Source: Vicugna vicugna
Lineage: Eukaryota
Length of the DNA stretch: 64,000 nt
Direction: 5' to 3'
Assembly: GCA_013265495.1 (NCBI GenBank)
Contig: MU058687.1
Span: forward strand, 3,226,001-3,290,000
This document shows, piece after piece, positions 63,571 to 64,000 of this stretch (position 1 is its first letter; every line of letters starts with the position of its first letter). Under the pieces are notes generated by a model. The model saw only the letters and a program-made list of their open reading frames with translations. It did not search any database and had not been told where the DNA came from. The position numbers and the translations under genes were made by a program.

Positions 63571-64000
63571 AAAATGAAGCTCACTGGAGAGGCCTAGGCT
63601 GGCGATAAAGGAATGGGAGTAATTAGTACTGAAAACTTGCACCAACATTGATTTTTGTCAGCTACAGTTTTGAGTTGAGGTTTTTACATTTGCTTACCAA
63701 AATTTAAAAATCCGTGGTCACTGTTGCAGCCATTCATGTCTCAGATCAGGTGCTTTAAAAAAAGGAATGGGACAGGTGTGGGTAGTGGAATGGGAAATAG
63801 ATTTGTTTGTGCCCCGTCTTCTTCTTACGTGGTAGGTGAAGACCACACCTAGTAAAATTGCTTAGGTCCTGAGAACCTCTGTGGAAAGGCTGAGGGGTTT
63901 CCTTAGCATCTTGCAGATGCAAGTTTCCAGACCATAATGGGCTGTTCAGAACCATTAAAGAGTCTACATAACATACAATTGTGACTGCAGTCTCTCAGTT

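Noticed and set aside
1..64000. Prokaryote-style systems (CRISPR, operons, defence islands), snoRNA/snRNA/miRNA genes, NUMTs
   Set aside because: The sequence is mammalian intron/intergenic DNA and I recognised none of these by eye. An Infernal/Rfam scan and BLASTN against mtDNA would be needed to exclude small RNAs and NUMTs formally.

Overview
Mammalian genomic DNA, most likely camelid (alpaca/llama/camel). This rests on five copies of a tRNA-derived SINE and on L1 3' ends of the type I associate with camelids; I saw no Alu, Bov-A/BovB or PRE-1. The window is the conserved SPTLC2 - ALKBH1 - SLIRP block. It holds SPTLC2 coding exon 1 with its CpG-island promoter (minus strand, ~8.4-9.4 kb; bases 1-8778 are intron 1), a ~33 kb repeat-rich intergenic interval, the complete six-exon ALKBH1 gene (minus strand; CDS 1167 nt = 388 aa, all introns GT-AG with consistent phases), and SLIRP coding exon 1 (plus strand). 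SLIRP lies head-to-head with ALKBH1, with 107 bp between the two ATGs. Nearly all other ORFs in the track are chance frames or L1/SINE/LTR read-throughs. I found no new multi-gene system. The best second-look items are: a dyad-symmetric YY1/ETS layout in the ALKBH1/SLIRP promoter; an open -1 frame across ALKBH1 exon 1 that resembles the mouse 'Nrp' overlap; an NDUFA3 retrocopy inside a nest of up to four insertions; a SINE apparently carrying a 3' transduction; a tail-only insertion that became a microsatellite; a twin-primed L1; and an orphan CpG-rich promoter-like element with RFX-type motifs. Repeat family names are by eye, not from RepeatMasker, and boundaries of old repeats are approximate.
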